DNA from: Roseibacillus sp.
Lineage (GTDB): Bacteria; Verrucomicrobiota; Verrucomicrobiia; Verrucomicrobiales; Akkermansiaceae
Reading direction: 5' to 3'
Length of the DNA: 64,000 nucleotides
NCBI GenBank assembly: GCA_051251855.1
Contig: JBPOGI010000002.1
Coordinates: forward strand, 749,605-813,604
Under the pieces are notes generated by a model, which worked only from the letters and a program-made list of their open reading frames with translations, was not told where the DNA came from and made no database searches. The first letter of the stretch is position 1. Each line of letters starts with the position of its first letter. Positions 35,765 through 43,809 of this stretch are shown here, one piece after another. The translations under genes and the position numbers were made by a program.

Positions 35765-35792
35765 TGTGACTAAATCGTCACTTGGGAGTCAT
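35765..35792 (+). promoter_or_regulatory. TGTGAC-N6-GTCAC motif, copy 3, with a third repeat
   Basis: GTGAC 35766, GTCAC 35777, GTCAT 35788: 11-bp period. Confidence 0.65.
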
Positions 35793-35828
35793 TGTCGGTG
35801 ACAGCACCCCTCACTATGTCCTCTTTCG

Positions 35829-36644
35829 ATGTTTTCTCTCAAGCAAGCGGGCTCCCTTTGTTTCGTTTCAAGTTTCTTGATGACGGTGCCTTTGAGTAGT
35901 CAAACGACTACAGCGGAACAGCACGTAGAATTGCGGGCTACGATTGAGCAATGGATGCAGGCGGTGGATAAATCACAAGCCCTCGAAAGTCAGTGGTCTC
36001 TTGAGAGATCGGTGTTGGAAGACTCAATTGTGGGTTTGCAAGGGATGTTGGAGCAGGCGGCAGTGGAAGTTGCGACCGTGGAAGGTCGGCTGGCGACGGC
36101 AGATGAGGATTCGCAGGAGAAAATCGCGCAGCAAAACGAGTTCAACGAGGCGCGGGAAGTATTGAAGAAGGGTCTCGCTCCGGTAGAGGCGGAAGTGGCA
36201 GCAGTGGTGCCGTTGTTTCCGGATTTTTACGTGAATGGGGAGGATGGCTCCTCCAAGTTGAAGGCCTCGATCGAGGCCCTAGAGAAGCATCGTCAGGAAG
36301 AGCCGGGTGATAAGGAGAAGTTGGGCCTCAATGGGCGTATCCAGCCCTTGGTGCAAATTCTTACTGAGGCGGAGCGCTTTCATGGCAAGTTGTGGGCGGT
36401 CACTCATTCTTTGAAGGTGGGAGAAGTGGATAAGCAGATGGACGTGCTCTACTTTGGCCTCTCGGTGGCCTATGCGGTGGATGATGGGGCCACCATTGCA
36501 TTGGAGGGACGCAGTTCCCCAGAAGGTTGGAATTTTACCGAGATGAGCGGAGAGGAAATCGCGCTGAAGGTCCAGACTCTCTACAAGGCGGCGGATGGTT
36601 CTGGTGAGTCCCAGATGGTGTCGCTTCCTCTTGCTCTCGACTAG
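35829..36644 (+). CDS. DUF3450-like periplasmic coiled-coil protein
   Basis: Signal peptide, coiled coil, LYFGLSVAYAV...W...LP ending; position at the head of an exbB-exbB-exbD-tonB-TPR operon. Confidence 0.7.
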   Translation: MFSLKQAGSLCFVSSFLMTVPLSSQTTTAEQHVELRATIEQWMQAVDKSQALESQWSLERSVLEDSIVGLQGMLEQAAVEVATVEGRLATADEDSQEKIAQQNEFNEAREVLKKGLAPVEAEVAAVVPLFPDFYVNGEDGSSKLKASIEALEKHRQEEPGDKEKLGLNGRIQPLVQILTEAERFHGKLWAVTHSLKVGEVDKQMDVLYFGLSVAYAVDDGATIALEGRSSPEGWNFTEMSGEEIALKVQTLYKAADGSGESQMVSLPLALD

Positions 36645-36680
36645 TACTTTCAACCTCTTGCGAAAGAGGTTTCTGATACC

Positions 36681-38135
36681 ATGAAATTCTTTTCTATTCT
36701 TTTTGTTCCTTTCTTTTGTTCGTCTTTGGCTGTGATGGGGCAGGTTTCCAGTGGGGAGGCGCTGCAGAAGGCACGCAACAATTTGGCGGCCGCTCAGCGC
36801 GAGTTCAACGAGATGCAGCAGGCGATCGCGCAGGAAGAAAGTCCTCTGGTGGTGCAGGTGCAGACTCTGGAAGAGGAGCTTCGGCTGCGGGAAAAAAAGT
36901 TGCGTGAGCTCGAGACTCAGGAGATGCAGATTGCTGGGAAGGAAAAGCGACTCAACAATGAGTTGGCGAGTCGCAGGGGGGAGTTTGATTACACCCGCAA
37001 TGTGCTCGATGGGTATGCGAAGGGGTTTCTAAACCGCGTGCAGCCCTCGGAGGTGCAGCTCTATCAAGAGAAAGTGGAAGCGGCGCGCCAGGATGCGGCG
37101 AATGAGAAGAATCTTGCCAAGGAAATGGAGGCCCGCCTGGAAGCCTTGCTGGTGGGCGCCAAGCGCTTGCAAGAGGTCGCGGGAGGACAGCGGTTTGAGG
37201 GGCGAGGCTTGGTCGGTTCGGACTTTGTGAACGGTGATTTTGCGGTGATGGGGCCGGTGGGGTATTTTTCGGCAAAAGGAAAACCGCAGAGCGGGTTGAC
37301 GGGGATTGCGAGCAACGGATTTCCCCAGATTGCACTGTTTGAAGGGGAAGAGGCGCAGCAGATGAAGACTCTAGTTGAAACTGGGAGTGCGACTCTGCCC
37401 ATTGATGCCACGAGTGGAAAGGCGCTCAAGGCGAAGACCGAGACTCCCACTTTGGCGGATCGAATTGAGGATGGCGGAGTGGTCGGGTATGCGATTTTGG
37501 CGCTGGGGGCGGTGGCTCTTTTGATTGCGCTCTTCAAGTTTATTGAGATTACGAATTTCTATATTCCGAGCCGAAAGCGGGTGAACGATATCTTGGAGTC
37601 GCTCTTGGACAAAGACCAAGAGAGTGCTTTTGAGAAGGCGAAGAAAATTCGGGGCCTTTCCGGAAGGATGGTCACCGCGGGGGTAGAGAATTTTTACAGC
37701 AAGCGCAGGATTCTGGAGGATGCCCTTTTGGAGCGCTTGAGTGCGATTCAGCCGAGGTTGGAGCGCTTTCTTCCTTTCTTGGCTTTGGTGGCGGCGGCGG
37801 CACCGATGATGGGTCTGTTAGGAACAGTGCTGGGGATTATGAAAACCTTCGATGCCATGGCGATTTATGGGACGGGGAATGCACAGAATTTCTCGAAAGG
37901 AATTGGCGCGGCCTTGGTGACGACTGCGCAGGGATTGGTAGTGGCGATTCCGATTATCATTATTCACGGCATGTTGAAGAGTCTGGCGCGGGCGCGGTTC
38001 GATACTGCGCAGGGAGTGGCTTTGGCGGTGCTGAATGGAACGACCGAATTGGTTGAAGGCGATAAGCCGGAGAAGAAAGAAAAGGACTCTTCTGAGGAGG
38101 AAGATTTCGACGAGCAAGAATTGGCACCAGCTTAA
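36681..38135 (+). CDS. MotA/TolQ/ExbB protein with periplasmic extension (TtpC-like)
   Basis: Coiled-coil N-terminus; APMMGLLGTVLGI, ALVTTAQGLVVAIP. Confidence 0.88.
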   Translation: MKFFSILFVPFFCSSLAVMGQVSSGEALQKARNNLAAAQREFNEMQQAIAQEESPLVVQVQTLEEELRLREKKLRELETQEMQIAGKEKRLNNELASRRGEFDYTRNVLDGYAKGFLNRVQPSEVQLYQEKVEAARQDAANEKNLAKEMEARLEALLVGAKRLQEVAGGQRFEGRGLVGSDFVNGDFAVMGPVGYFSAKGKPQSGLTGIASNGFPQIALFEGEEAQQMKTLVETGSATLPIDATSGKALKAKTETPTLADRIEDGGVVGYAILALGAVALLIALFKFIEITNFYIPSRKRVNDILESLLDKDQESAFEKAKKIRGLSGRMVTAGVENFYSKRRILEDALLERLSAIQPRLERFLPFLALVAAAAPMMGLLGTVLGIMKTFDAMAIYGTGNAQNFSKGIGAALVTTAQGLVVAIPIIIIHGMLKSLARARFDTAQGVALAVLNGTTELVEGDKPEKKEKDSSEEEDFDEQELAPA

Positions 38136-38141
38136 CGAACG

Positions 38142-38741
38142 ATGGGAGCAAACTTACAGGAGGTCTTTGATATTTTTCGCAACGGGGGGCCAGTGATGGC
38201 GGCTTTGGCGGGGGTGGCGCTGTTGCTTTATATTACTTCGATTGCGGCGGTGATTTATGTCTTGAAGGGCAACCTGACAACGGCTCGCCGGGGAGAGTGG
38301 GAACGCTGGATTGAGAATCCGGAAGAGGCAGAAGGCCGTTTGGGAGAGATTATTCGTTATGCGGTGAATGGGCCTCGTCTTTCGGTGAAGCGGGTGCAGC
38401 GGCGGTTCGATGAGGTGTTTGATGTGTTGGTGCGGTCGGTGGATCAGCGCTTGATTATTATTACGACCTTGATTGCGGCGGCGCCAATGACGGGGCTGCT
38501 CGGGACGGTGATGGGGATGTTGGCGATGTTCGATGGCTTGGGGGCTGGAGGGGGGAAGCAGAGTATGGAGATGATTTCGGCGGGAATGAAGGAGGCTCTT
38601 TTTACCACCCTCACGGGTCTGGTGATTGCTTTGCCGGGAATGTTTTTCGCCCTGGTCATTCGGGAGCGTCGCAACGAGATGGCGACGGTGTTGAGTCAGC
38701 TACAGGCGGCGATTGTTACCACCAAATTTAAATCAATCTAA
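38142..38741 (+). CDS. exbB: ExbB/TolQ proton channel
   Basis: APMTGLLGTVMGM, EALFTTLTGLVIALP. Confidence 0.88.
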   Translation: MGANLQEVFDIFRNGGPVMAALAGVALLLYITSIAAVIYVLKGNLTTARRGEWERWIENPEEAEGRLGEIIRYAVNGPRLSVKRVQRRFDEVFDVLVRSVDQRLIIITTLIAAAPMTGLLGTVMGMLAMFDGLGAGGGKQSMEMISAGMKEALFTTLTGLVIALPGMFFALVIRERRNEMATVLSQLQAAIVTTKFKSI

Positions 38742-39163
38742 TGTTACGCGACGGACCATCCCTGGCTGGCGGCGACGAGGAGGCGAAGCCTGACCTCTCG
38801 CCCATGATCGACTGTGTCTTTATCCTGCTAATTTTCTTTATCGTGACCACGGTGTTCGTGAAGGAACCCAAGGTGCCGGTGGATGATCCGGCGGCGATAA
38901 CGGCGGATGCGTTGGAGAAGAATAGTATCATTTTCGCAGTCACGGCGGATAACAAAGTGTTTTACGATGGCAAAAGCATCGGGCTCGCGGGGGTGCAGCA
39001 GGTGGTGACTCCGCTGTTGTTAGAGAAAGCGGATCCCGAGGATGCGCATGTCATTATTAAGGGCGACAGCACTGCGCATGCAGGGTTGGTCGATGATGTT
39101 GGCAAGGAGTGTCTTACCGCCGGGGTGGCGAAGCACCGAATCACGACTTCTACTGAAAGCTAA
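38741..39163 (+). CDS. exbD: ExbD/TolR
   Basis: DLSPMIDCVFILLIFFIVT with the conserved TM Asp. Confidence 0.9.
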   Translation: MLRDGPSLAGGDEEAKPDLSPMIDCVFILLIFFIVTTVFVKEPKVPVDDPAAITADALEKNSIIFAVTADNKVFYDGKSIGLAGVQQVVTPLLLEKADPEDAHVIIKGDSTAHAGLVDDVGKECLTAGVAKHRITTSTES

Positions 39164-39573
39164 TGTTTGGACGAGGCAGATTAGGGCACGATGAGGAGGG
39201 TGATCCGGAACCGGATCTATCGCCCATGATCGACTGTGTCTTTATTCTACTGATCTTCTTCATCGTGACGGCGGTCTTTGTTGAGGAGGACGGGGTGCCC
39301 TTGCCACTGCCGGAGGACTCAAGTGCGGTTTCTTCGGTTCAGGACAAGGTGACGGTGGTTTTTACACTAGCGCAGGACAATGCGGTGGTTCACGAGGGAA
39401 AGCGGGTTTCGATGGATTCGATCGGCACGATTGTGCGCAACGCGCTGTCGCAGGATGAGGAGGCTCCGGTGATTATCCAGAGCCATCCCCAGGCCCAGCA
39501 TGGGGTCCGGACTCGGGTCTACGATGAGGTGCGGCAGGCGGGAGCCGAGTTGGTCACTTTCACACAGGGATAA
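39163..39573 (+). CDS. exbD: ExbD/TolR, second copy
   Basis: Identical DLSPMIDCVFILLIFFIVT segment. Confidence 0.9.
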   Translation: MFGRGRLGHDEEGDPEPDLSPMIDCVFILLIFFIVTAVFVEEDGVPLPLPEDSSAVSSVQDKVTVVFTLAQDNAVVHEGKRVSMDSIGTIVRNALSQDEEAPVIIQSHPQAQHGVRTRVYDEVRQAGAELVTFTQG

Positions 39574-39578
39574 GAACG

Positions 39579-40250
39579 ATGAGCCGACTTTCTACCAGAC
39601 ACGTTTATCGCCCTCCCAAGTCGAATCGACCGCTCAATATTGCGGCGGCAGTGGTAGGGGGATTGGTGTTTACGTTTTTGGTCTTTTACGTGATTCCTCT
39701 CATGCAGAAATTGGAGGGGGAAAAGGAGACCAAGACCTCGGTGTTGGAGGTGGCTCAGATTGAAGAGGCGCCGGATGAATTTGAGGTCGAGGAAGAACCA
39801 CCGCCGCCTGAGGATGAGCCCGAGCCCGAGCCCGAGCTAGTCTTGGAGACCGAGCCGATGGAGATACCCGATATTCCGTTCAATATGGGAGCAGGGACTC
39901 CGGGAAAGATGCTCTTGAATCTGAAGCCCAACTTCGATGTCGCGAATGACCCTGATGCGCTGGGAGGCAGTGACCTCGATACTCCGCCGCGTCCCACGAG
40001 CAAGCCGCAGCCACGGTATCCCAAGGATCTTCTGAATAAGAAGCAAGGGGGACGGGTGATCGTTCTCGTGACGGTGGACGAGCGGGGGACGGTGACAAAT
40101 GCTTCTGTAAAGGAGAGTTCGGGTTATCAAGCGTTGGACGCGGCCGCGCTTAATGCGGCCAAGCGATGGAAATTTAAACCTGGGATTAAAGGCGGCCGCA
40201 AGGCGGTGATGACTGCCAAGATTCCGTTCAACTTTCGGGTAAAAACATGA
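39579..40250 (+). CDS. tonB: energy transducer TonB
   Basis: TM anchor, EP-rich linker, PRYP...G.V...VDERG.V...WKFKP. Confidence 0.9.
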   Translation: MSRLSTRHVYRPPKSNRPLNIAAAVVGGLVFTFLVFYVIPLMQKLEGEKETKTSVLEVAQIEEAPDEFEVEEEPPPPEDEPEPEPELVLETEPMEIPDIPFNMGAGTPGKMLLNLKPNFDVANDPDALGGSDLDTPPRPTSKPQPRYPKDLLNKKQGGRVIVLVTVDERGTVTNASVKESSGYQALDAAALNAAKRWKFKPGIKGGRKAVMTAKIPFNFRVKT

Positions 40251-41782
40251 TGAGAATACTAATTTTAGGAGCATTACTTGTGAGCCCTCTGGCGGCGGAT
40301 CCTTTGCGGGTGCCGAAGGAGCAATTTCGTAGTCCAGAATTTATCAAGGGCTTCGTGGGGGCTTACGGTTTTTTATCTCCGGTCGAGCCCAAGGTGGATC
40401 GGGAAGAGAACGAATTGCTGGCAGAGCTGGCGGATTTGTTTTCGGATGCGCGCTTTCGGGAAGCCGAGGGTGAAATTGTCAACTTCATCAAGCAGCGCAA
40501 GAATCCCACGGAAGAGGGGGTGGAGCCCAAGGAGGTCAGTCCGGCGCTTATTTTTCAATTGGCGCAGCTCTACTATATGAATGACCGCACTTCAGATGCG
40601 GAGCGTGCTTATAAGTTGGCAATTAAGGGGCATCCCGATTTTCGGCGAGCCCATAAGTATCTCGCATTATTATATGCGAGCCAGGACCGGACTCTCGATG
40701 CCTTGCCGCATTTGAAGAAGGCGATTCAACTGGGGGAAGCGGACCAGTTGATTTACGGTCTGTTAGGTTATGCTTACACGCAGCAGGAAAAGCCCTTGGC
40801 GGCTGAGGCGGCGTATCGTCAGGCCTATCTGTTGAATCCTGATGAGCCACAGTGGCGCTCGGGTTTGACGCTTTCTCTCTATCAGCAGGAGAAGTGGCCC
40901 GAGGCCTCGGCGATGTTGGGAGATTTGTTGTCCTCTACCCCAGAGGCGACGGATTTCTGGAAGATGCAGGCGAACTGTTTCTTAAATATGGGGCAGCCTT
41001 TGCGGGCGGCGGAGAACTTCGAGGTGATGCGATTGAAAGGGCTCGCCGATGCCACCACGCTCAATACTTTGGGTGATATTTATACCGACCAGAAGAAGCC
41101 AGTGCTGGCACTGGGAGCCTACTTGGCGGCCATGAGTTCGGATGAAAGTCTGGATGCGGAGCGGAGTCTGAGAACGGCGAAGATTTTGGCAGACTTTGGC
41201 GCTCCACGAGAGGCGGCGAAGTTTATCGGGGCGTTGCGGGAGAAGAAGGGAAGCAAGCTGACCCGCAGTCAAGAGGTGAAGTTTCAGCTCATCGACATCA
41301 AGATTGCCAAGGAGTCGAACGATTTGCCGAAAGTCGCCGCACTGGTGCGCACATTGTTAGATTTGGAGCCGATGAACGGGGAGGCTCTGGTGGAAAACGG
41401 GATTCTTCATGAGCAACTGGCGGAGACTGCGGACTCGGAGGAGGATGAGATTCGCTTGCGGGGTAAAGCTCAGGCGCAGTTCAAGCTCGCGATGAAAAAC
41501 GAGGATAGCCAAATCCAGTATCTGGCGAATCGGAGTTTTGGGCAGATGCTGGTGAGGCAGCGGGAATTTGAGGATGCTCTTCCTTATTTGGAAAGGGCTC
41601 TCGATACCAAGCCGACCGATGGCCTGGCACGCTTTGTGAAGCAGGTGACCGTTTTTGCGGAGCGCCAGAAGGAACGCCGTGCCAAGGAGGGTGCCGAGCG
41701 AGAAGTGATGTTGGAAGAGAAGGAGAAGAACAAGGCCGCCAAAGAGGAGGCTCAAAAGAAGGAAGAAAGTGATGAGAAATAG
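40247..41782 (+). CDS. periplasmic tetratricopeptide repeat protein
   Basis: Signal peptide; multiple TPR-like units. Confidence 0.85.
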   Translation: MMRILILGALLVSPLAADPLRVPKEQFRSPEFIKGFVGAYGFLSPVEPKVDREENELLAELADLFSDARFREAEGEIVNFIKQRKNPTEEGVEPKEVSPALIFQLAQLYYMNDRTSDAERAYKLAIKGHPDFRRAHKYLALLYASQDRTLDALPHLKKAIQLGEADQLIYGLLGYAYTQQEKPLAAEAAYRQAYLLNPDEPQWRSGLTLSLYQQEKWPEASAMLGDLLSSTPEATDFWKMQANCFLNMGQPLRAAENFEVMRLKGLADATTLNTLGDIYTDQKKPVLALGAYLAAMSSDESLDAERSLRTAKILADFGAPREAAKFIGALREKKGSKLTRSQEVKFQLIDIKIAKESNDLPKVAALVRTLLDLEPMNGEALVENGILHEQLAETADSEEDEIRLRGKAQAQFKLAMKNEDSQIQYLANRSFGQMLVRQREFEDALPYLERALDTKPTDGLARFVKQVTVFAERQKERRAKEGAEREVMLEEKEKNKAAKEEAQKKEESDEK

Positions 41783-43088
41783 TGTTTTGGTAGGTTCGAG
41801 AATAGTCATTGGGTTAAGTGTGTTGTTTATGTGTGACTCGACGGCCAATGAGGCACTGGATCTTCTCGAAGGGAAAATTTCGGCAGAAGAGGTGACCGTG
41901 ACTGAACTCTTGAAGGAGAAGAAGGAGGAGTCGGTTGAAGCAGAGTGGAAGAAGAAGGAGAAGGTGTTGCGCGATGATCGTGACTATTCTCAGCGTTGGA
42001 AGAATCGGCTCGCTCCTATTGGGGTCGTTTACGAGAATGGGGATAATCCATTGGTCCAGAGAGTGGCCATTGACGGGCTCGCGGAGTGGGGAATCACGGC
42101 GGGTGAGATTGAGCCTGATCGTGGTGCGACAACGAAGCTGAACGACAGTCAACTCAAGCGGTTACGCTTGGGGGGGATGATGCGTGCTTTTTACAACACG
42201 GATTTGGAGGGGCGCGTGGTGGCAGATGGCGATGGATATCAGGGAGTGGATACTTTGAAAGCGACGGTGCAGGTGAATGAAGCTTTGACGGTGGAGGCGG
42301 GAAAGTTTCGGCCGCCCTTTAGTCAGGAATATCGGCAAGATCCGAATGTGAGGGTGGCTCCTGGGTTGTCTCCCATTGTGGCCCAAATGGCACCGAGTAA
42401 TACGATGGGCGTTCGGGTGGGGGTGGTGAATGGTCCGTGGGAAGCGGGACTAGGGTGGTTTAGCGGTGACCTTGATAAGAATATCCCTGGCTTTGATGGA
42501 GGTGGATTCGTCTTGGCAAACTTGAGCTACACTTTCGACGGAGAGTTGGTGGTGGGTTGGGAAGACGAAGACGCGGTGGCTCCTCCGGGGCATCAACGTT
42601 GGCACCTCGACTATCTCTACAATACTTCAGAGAAAGAGGGGGGGAGCTTGCCGAACAGCTATCGCCATCTGGTGTCCACCGGGATTGAGGTGAGCAGTGG
42701 TGACTTTGACTTTGGAGGTGATTTTTTGCTCGCGAATGGAGACGTCGATACTGCTTGGGGGATGACGCTGACGGGGCGCTACTGGCTGGTGGAGGATGCG
42801 ATTCGGATGGTGGGGCGTTACAATTATGCCGATACCGATGACCCCGGGGGGCTTTCGGTGGGCTACGGAGTGCCCGGTGCTTTGGGAGATAGCACGCAGC
42901 CATTGTTAGGGTATTCGAATGTGCTGCAAGGAGACGAATTTCATTCCTTTTACCTGGGCCTCGATTGGCATGTCTTGCAGGACTATCTGATGTTTTCGAC
43001 CGGGGTGGAGTTGAAGCTTCTGAAAGATGAAATCAATGGAGATAATTCAGGACTTTTCTGGCACACCGGAGGTCGAGCCGCATTTTAA
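41769..43088 (+). CDS. outer membrane porin, OprO/OprP-like
   Basis: KRLRLG, AGKFRPPFSQE, amphipathic beta strands, terminal Phe; family assignment by motif only. Confidence 0.6.
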   Translation: MMRNSVLVGSRIVIGLSVLFMCDSTANEALDLLEGKISAEEVTVTELLKEKKEESVEAEWKKKEKVLRDDRDYSQRWKNRLAPIGVVYENGDNPLVQRVAIDGLAEWGITAGEIEPDRGATTKLNDSQLKRLRLGGMMRAFYNTDLEGRVVADGDGYQGVDTLKATVQVNEALTVEAGKFRPPFSQEYRQDPNVRVAPGLSPIVAQMAPSNTMGVRVGVVNGPWEAGLGWFSGDLDKNIPGFDGGGFVLANLSYTFDGELVVGWEDEDAVAPPGHQRWHLDYLYNTSEKEGGSLPNSYRHLVSTGIEVSSGDFDFGGDFLLANGDVDTAWGMTLTGRYWLVEDAIRMVGRYNYADTDDPGGLSVGYGVPGALGDSTQPLLGYSNVLQGDEFHSFYLGLDWHVLQDYLMFSTGVELKLLKDEINGDNSGLFWHTGGRAAF

Positions 43089-43123
43089 GAACACAAATTA
43101 AACTTACTCAAAAAATAATTACC

Positions 43124-43729
43124 ATGAAACTAGTAGCAATTCTTATCGCGGTCGGATTTTCCGGTCTCAGTTCTGCCTTTGGGCTTGGCATTGATGTCGA
43201 GAGCTTGGGTCAAAGCCTTAACGGTTGGTCAAAAAAGCGGACGGCGTCGTACACCATGGATAGTCAAAGTTATCGCACCCACGTGCCCACCGTGACTCAG
43301 AATCTCGATGGCGGGATTTTCGTCTCGATGCGGGTGGAGCACCTCTCGGCGGTGCGTCCTGATGCGACGGCGTATCTAGAACTGACTTTTACCCCCAGTG
43401 GATATGTCGGTGCTTCTCAGATTCGGCTGACGATGAACGGCAAGAAATACGATACCGGTCAAGTCCTTCGAGAACAGGAGCAGGCTTTGGCAGAGGATGA
43501 GATCGGTTCCAAGGATTGGCGCACCACTCATATGAAGATGGTGTTGGACCTGTTCAGCAAATTGGATGCGGAGTTTGCGAAGGAAGAAGGGGAGGAGAAA
43601 AAAGGGAAACGTGACCTCTGGGGTCGCTTGAATGGCTCACGCTTGGATGAGTCCGATGTTTCGGCGGCTTTACGGCACAATTTGAACCTGCTCTTGTCGA
43701 ATGTGGGTCACCACTTTGGCGGGAAGTAG
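43124..43729 (+). CDS. hypothetical secreted protein
   Basis: Signal peptide; co-oriented ORF; no family recognised. Confidence 0.7.
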   Translation: MKLVAILIAVGFSGLSSAFGLGIDVESLGQSLNGWSKKRTASYTMDSQSYRTHVPTVTQNLDGGIFVSMRVEHLSAVRPDATAYLELTFTPSGYVGASQIRLTMNGKKYDTGQVLREQEQALAEDEIGSKDWRTTHMKMVLDLFSKLDAEFAKEEGEEKKGKRDLWGRLNGSRLDESDVSAALRHNLNLLLSNVGHHFGGK

Positions 43730-43809
43730 CCCTTAGTTTGACGGCTCTAGATAAATTATGTTTTTCTGTTAGCCAGTTCGGTGCCTTTTGAGATAGCTTA
43801 AGAGGACGA

